Shown here piece by piece: positions 49,824 through 53,326 of a DNA stretch of 53,326 nt (positions are counted from its first letter, which is position 1; each line of letters starts with the position of its first letter). The translations under genes were made by a program, and so were the position numbers. Origin of the DNA: Eubacteriales bacterium (GTDB taxonomy: Bacteria; Bacillota; Clostridia; Oscillospirales; CAG-272); NCBI GenBank assembly GCA_045656445.1, contig JAZORD010000042.1, forward strand, positions 1-53,326. Direction: 5' to 3'. The notes beneath the pieces are model-generated. The model searched no databases. It saw only the letters and a list, made by a program, of their open reading frames with translations, and was not told where the DNA came from.

Positions 49824-50516
49824 ATGGAAAATTTCGATTACGTAAAACATAATTACGAGTCACTGACCGAGGAAATAAGAGAGCTTGCTCTGCGGCTCGG
49901 TGTGCCGCAGCCTACGCTGGTTGCCGTGACTAAAAGCGGAAGCGACGAGGAGCTTATTGCCCTTGTGCGTGCGGGTGCTTTGGATATTGGCGAAAACCGA
50001 CCGGGCGAGGTTAAAAGGCGCGGCGAGCTATTGCGCTCCCTTGGCTTTTCTCCGAGAATGCACGAGATAGGAACACTTCAGAGAAACAAGATAAAGCTTA
50101 TAGCCGACAGCACTTATATGATACATTCGGTGGACTCATTCCATCTGGCAAAGGATATTAACAGGCATGCCGAAATGCACAGCAGAGTGATACCCGTGTT
50201 AATTGAGGTAAACTGTGCAGAGGAGGAGCAAAAGAGCGGAGTTCTCCCGGGTGATGCGGAAAGGCTTTTATGTGAGATAAGGGAGCTTCCGAACATATCC
50301 GTCGAGGGACTTATGACGATGGGACCTGTGACAGACGATGCGGAAAATTTACGCCCGTATTTCAGAGATACAAAAAAACTGTTTGACAGACTGCGCGACA
50401 GCTACGGCTTCGGCGAGCATCCCACGCTTTCGATGGGAATGAGCGACTCCTACAGAGTAGCTATTGAAGAGGGCTCTACACTAATCAGAGTCGGACGCAG
50501 GCTGTTTTTAAAATAA
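49824..50516 (+). CDS. yggS: YggS/PLPBP pyridoxal-phosphate homeostasis protein
   Basis: VAVTK, GEN, IGTLQRNK, HSVDS, GLMTM, LSMGMS, GSTLIRVG. Confidence 0.95.
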   Translation: MENFDYVKHNYESLTEEIRELALRLGVPQPTLVAVTKSGSDEELIALVRAGALDIGENRPGEVKRRGELLRSLGFSPRMHEIGTLQRNKIKLIADSTYMIHSVDSFHLAKDINRHAEMHSRVIPVLIEVNCAEEEQKSGVLPGDAERLLCEIRELPNISVEGLMTMGPVTDDAENLRPYFRDTKKLFDRLRDSYGFGEHPTLSMGMSDSYRVAIEEGSTLIRVGRRLFLK

Positions 50517-50536
50517 AACAACAAGGAGATAAAAAG

Positions 50537-50923
50537 ATGTTTGAAGGACTTAGAAAAAGACTTGCTCAGGCGGCTGGGGAGGAAGAGGAAATAACCTTTA
50601 AGAATTTTGACGAGGAGAAAGCTGCACCCACAATTCCGGAAGAGGCAGAGGCCACAGCATCCACGCAAGGCTCGTCGATAGAGGGCAACAATATTGAGCT
50701 TAAGGTGGTTCGCCCCGAGTCGATGGACGAAATATTCACTATTGCGGATTATCTTCTCGACGGATGCACGGTTGTGCTCAATCTTGAGGTTTTGGACAGA
50801 GAATGCATAACGAGAATGCTTGATTTCCTCAACGGAGTTACATATACCACGGGCGGCGACGTTAAAAATGTTTCTCCCGGAACGTATATTATCACTCCCA
50901 GCGGAATAAATATCAACAGATAA
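50537..50923 (+). CDS. sepF: Cell division protein SepF
   Basis: IADYL...VVLNLE...RMLDFLNG...YIITP; follows yggS. Confidence 0.9.
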   Translation: MFEGLRKRLAQAAGEEEEITFKNFDEEKAAPTIPEEAEATASTQGSSIEGNNIELKVVRPESMDEIFTIADYLLDGCTVVLNLEVLDRECITRMLDFLNGVTYTTGGDVKNVSPGTYIITPSGININR

Positions 50924-51043
50924 AACGATAGAATCCGGGCTGTTTCAAATAAAGGTTTGAGACAGCCCTCTCAATATATGAACCCGTGGTATATGCAAGA
51001 TTTAACACGGGATAAAGAAACAACTGAAAGAGTAGATATAAAA

Positions 51044-51316
51044 GTGGGCTTTCTTGATTTTTTTGCAAGGTTCGTTTCGGCAACGCTCGACGCAGTTTCT
51101 CTTGCAATGCTCATACGGATGCTCCTACCTCTGTTTCGGGATGCCGAGGGGAGCAAATTTTATACCTTTCTCGGCTGCATAACCGAGCCTTTTATAGCAC
51201 CCGTGCGATTTCTTATGGTGAAATTCAACCTTTTGCAGAACTCACCTATAGACTGGTCATTCACCGTTACATACCTTGTTATCGCATTGGTTCAGATGCT
51301 GCTTCCGGCAGTATGA
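51044..51316 (+). CDS. YggT/YlmG family membrane protein (probable GTG start)
   Basis: ITEPFIAPVR, PIDWS; follows sepF. Confidence 0.85.
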   Translation: MGFLDFFARFVSATLDAVSLAMLIRMLLPLFRDAEGSKFYTFLGCITEPFIAPVRFLMVKFNLLQNSPIDWSFTVTYLVIALVQMLLPAV

Positions 51317-51326
51317 AGGAGTAAAA

Positions 51327-51830
51327 ATGAAAAGACAAAATCCTCTCGAATACGCTATTTTTTCGGCAATAATACTTGTAGGAATAGCGTTAGACCAGCT
51401 TGCAAAATGGCTGGCTGTTAAGTATTTAGAGCCGATAACCACATTTCCTATAATAAAGCAGGTATTGCATTTTACTTACGTTGAGAACAGGGGCGCCGCC
51501 TTTGGAATGCTCGCCGAACACAGATGGGTTTTTATCGCCATTTCCTCGGTTACGATCCTTGCGCTCCTCGGAGCTCTTTATGCAGGATACCTGCCTAATA
51601 TGCTTTACAAGGTATCTGTTTCAATGATAATCTCGGGCGGTATCGGCAATATGATAGACAGGCTTATGCTCGGATACGTGGTAGATTTTATTGATTTCAG
51701 GCTTATAAACTTTGCGGTTTTTAACGGTGCTGATTCCTTTGTTTGCGTTGGCGCGGGACTTTTGATTTTTGCGCTCATTAAGGACATAATCGACGAATCC
51801 AAAGCAAAAAAAGAGGACAGCGTGCCGTGA
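51327..51830 (+). CDS. lspA: Lipoprotein signal peptidase II
   Basis: LDQLAK, NRGAAFG, GGIGNMIDR, VVDF, FNGAD. Confidence 0.95.
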   Translation: MKRQNPLEYAIFSAIILVGIALDQLAKWLAVKYLEPITTFPIIKQVLHFTYVENRGAAFGMLAEHRWVFIAISSVTILALLGALYAGYLPNMLYKVSVSMIISGGIGNMIDRLMLGYVVDFIDFRLINFAVFNGADSFVCVGAGLLIFALIKDIIDESKAKKEDSVP

Positions 51831-52768
51831 AATACTTGATTTTGGAAAAGGATGAGGGATTAAGGCTTGACGTTTTTGTTTCTGAGAACACAGAGCTTTC
51901 AAGAAGCGCTGCGGCAAAGCTCATAGAAAACGGCAATATTACCGTTTCCGGAAATACGCGTGCTAAAAAATACGAGCTTCGATGCGGCGACGAGGTAGAA
52001 ATCATACTTCCCGAGCCCGAGCTCTCGGAGGCTTTACCCGAGAATATTCCGCTTGATATCGTCTTTGAGGACTCTGATATAATAGTTATAAATAAGCCTG
52101 CGGGTATGGTGGTGCATCCTGCGCCGGGAAATTACACGGGTACCTTAGTAAACGCCCTTTTATATCATTGCAAGGGCAGCCTTTCCGGCATTGGCGGTGT
52201 TATACGCCCCGGAATCGTGCACAGAATAGACAAGGACACAAGCGGTCTTTTGGTTGTTGCCAAAAACGATGCGGCACATATTGCGCTTGCATCGGAGCTT
52301 GAGCAACACGGCATTGAGCGGGAGTATCACGCGCTTGTGCGCGGAGGATTTAAAGAGGACACGGGCACGGTTGATGCGCCGATAGGCAGACATCCCGTTG
52401 ACAGAAAAAGAATGGCGGTTCTCACAAAGGACGAAGCGCACGCAAAGAATGCGGTTACGCACTACGAGCTGCTTTCCCGCTTTGGCGACGTGTCATACAT
52501 AAAGTGCCTTCTCGAAACCGGCAGAACGCATCAGATAAGAGTTCATATGTCATACATCGGTCACCCACTGCTTGGTGACGAGGTATATTCGAGCACTAAA
52601 ACAAGGTTTGAAAAGCTACACGCCCCCCTGTTTAGCGGTCAGGCGCTGCATGCAAAAAGGCTCACGCTCACCCATCCTACGACAATGGAGAGAATGAGCT
52701 TTGAGTGCGAGTTGCCCGATGGCTTCAAGAAACTTCTCAAGATATTAGACCGTGAAGCAGACAAATAA
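51827..52768 (+). CDS. rluD: RluA/RluD family pseudouridine synthase with S4 domain
   Basis: RLD S4 domain, NKPAGMVVHP, HRIDKDTSG, TGRTHQIRVH. Confidence 0.92.
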   Translation: MKYLILEKDEGLRLDVFVSENTELSRSAAAKLIENGNITVSGNTRAKKYELRCGDEVEIILPEPELSEALPENIPLDIVFEDSDIIVINKPAGMVVHPAPGNYTGTLVNALLYHCKGSLSGIGGVIRPGIVHRIDKDTSGLLVVAKNDAAHIALASELEQHGIEREYHALVRGGFKEDTGTVDAPIGRHPVDRKRMAVLTKDEAHAKNAVTHYELLSRFGDVSYIKCLLETGRTHQIRVHMSYIGHPLLGDEVYSSTKTRFEKLHAPLFSGQALHAKRLTLTHPTTMERMSFECELPDGFKKLLKILDREADK

Positions 52769-52807
52769 GAAAGAGTCAACACAGATAAACTCCGTGTTGA
52801 CTCTTTC
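52769..52807. terminator. Bidirectional intrinsic terminator
   Basis: GAAAGAGTCAACAC...GTGTTGACTCTTTC between convergent genes. Confidence 0.85.
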
Positions 52808-52822
52808 CTTACTTATAACTTA

Positions 52823-53326
52823 TTAAGCAAGAGTTGCCGCCATTACAGCCTTGATGGTATGCATTCTGTTCTCTGCTTCCTCAAAAACAAGAGAAGCCTT
52901 ACTCTCAAACACCTCGTCGGTTACTTCCATTGAGGAAATACCGAATTTTTCGCCTATTTCCTTGCCTATCGTGGTGTTAAGGTCGTGGAATGAGGGCAGG
53001 CAGTGCATAAATACAGCATCCTTGCCTGCTGCATTCATAATATCACCGGTTACGGCGTAGGGCGAAAGCTCCTTAATGCGCTCTGCCCATACCTCAGTGG
53101 ACTCGCCCATAGATACCCACACGTCAGTGCATATTACGTCGGCGCCGGCTACAGCCTTTTGGGGATTGGTTTCAAAGGTGAGGGTTGCACCGCTCGCCTC
53201 TGCTACCTTGCGGCACTCTTCGATAAGCGCCTTGTCGGGAAAATACTTTTCGGGCGCGCAAGCTGTGAAATTGAGTCCCATCTTTGCGCATCCTACCATA
53301 AGGGAGTTGCCCATATTGTAGCGGGC
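52823..53326 (-). CDS. argF: Ornithine carbamoyltransferase, C-terminal part (runs off window)
   Basis: MGNSL, TDVWVSMGE, FMHCLP, AENRMHTIKA. Confidence 0.95.
   Translation of the reverse strand, partial: ARYNMGNSLMVGCAKMGLNFTACAPEKYFPDKALIEECRKVAEASGATLTFETNPQKAVAGADVICTDVWVSMGESTEVWAERIKELSPYAVTGDIMNAAGKDAVFMHCLPSFHDLNTTIGKEIGEKFGISSMEVTDEVFESKASLVFEEAENRMHTIKAVMAATLA

Overview
53 kb of what looks like chromosomal DNA from a Clostridia-type (Firmicutes) anaerobe; the lineage is inferred from gene content, a T-box and sigma-A promoters. Left to right it holds: the 3' end of rlmD followed by a short accessory island; a small glycan-use cluster (YhcH, O-acetylesterase, LacI, GH88); a type IA topoisomerase; tdk-deoCDB-cdd-pdp; a full F1Fo ATP synthase operon with a Na+-type c subunit; pepT; gdhA; an orphan flippase; T-box-thrS; an ABC exporter pair; typA; pcrA; ygiQ; hisS; mrnC; yggS-sepF-yggT-lspA-rluD; and the 3' part of argF. 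I found no rRNA, tRNA, CRISPR array or intact transposase/integrase. The most notable observations are: (1) a full-length SerC homologue that has lost the PLP lysine and nearly all substrate-binding residues but has a perfect promoter and sits directly upstream of typA; (2) two copies of a ~375 bp structured non-coding element with compensatory base changes and heptamer/mini-hairpin arrays; (3) a synonymous duplicate of the rlmD tail flanking a one-gene cassette; (4) a DnaA-box cluster away from dnaA; (5) an internally deleted GH88 paralogue, an unannotated 32-aa Cys-rich peptide and a structured 5' leader. All family assignments come from motif recognition by eye; no database searches were run.
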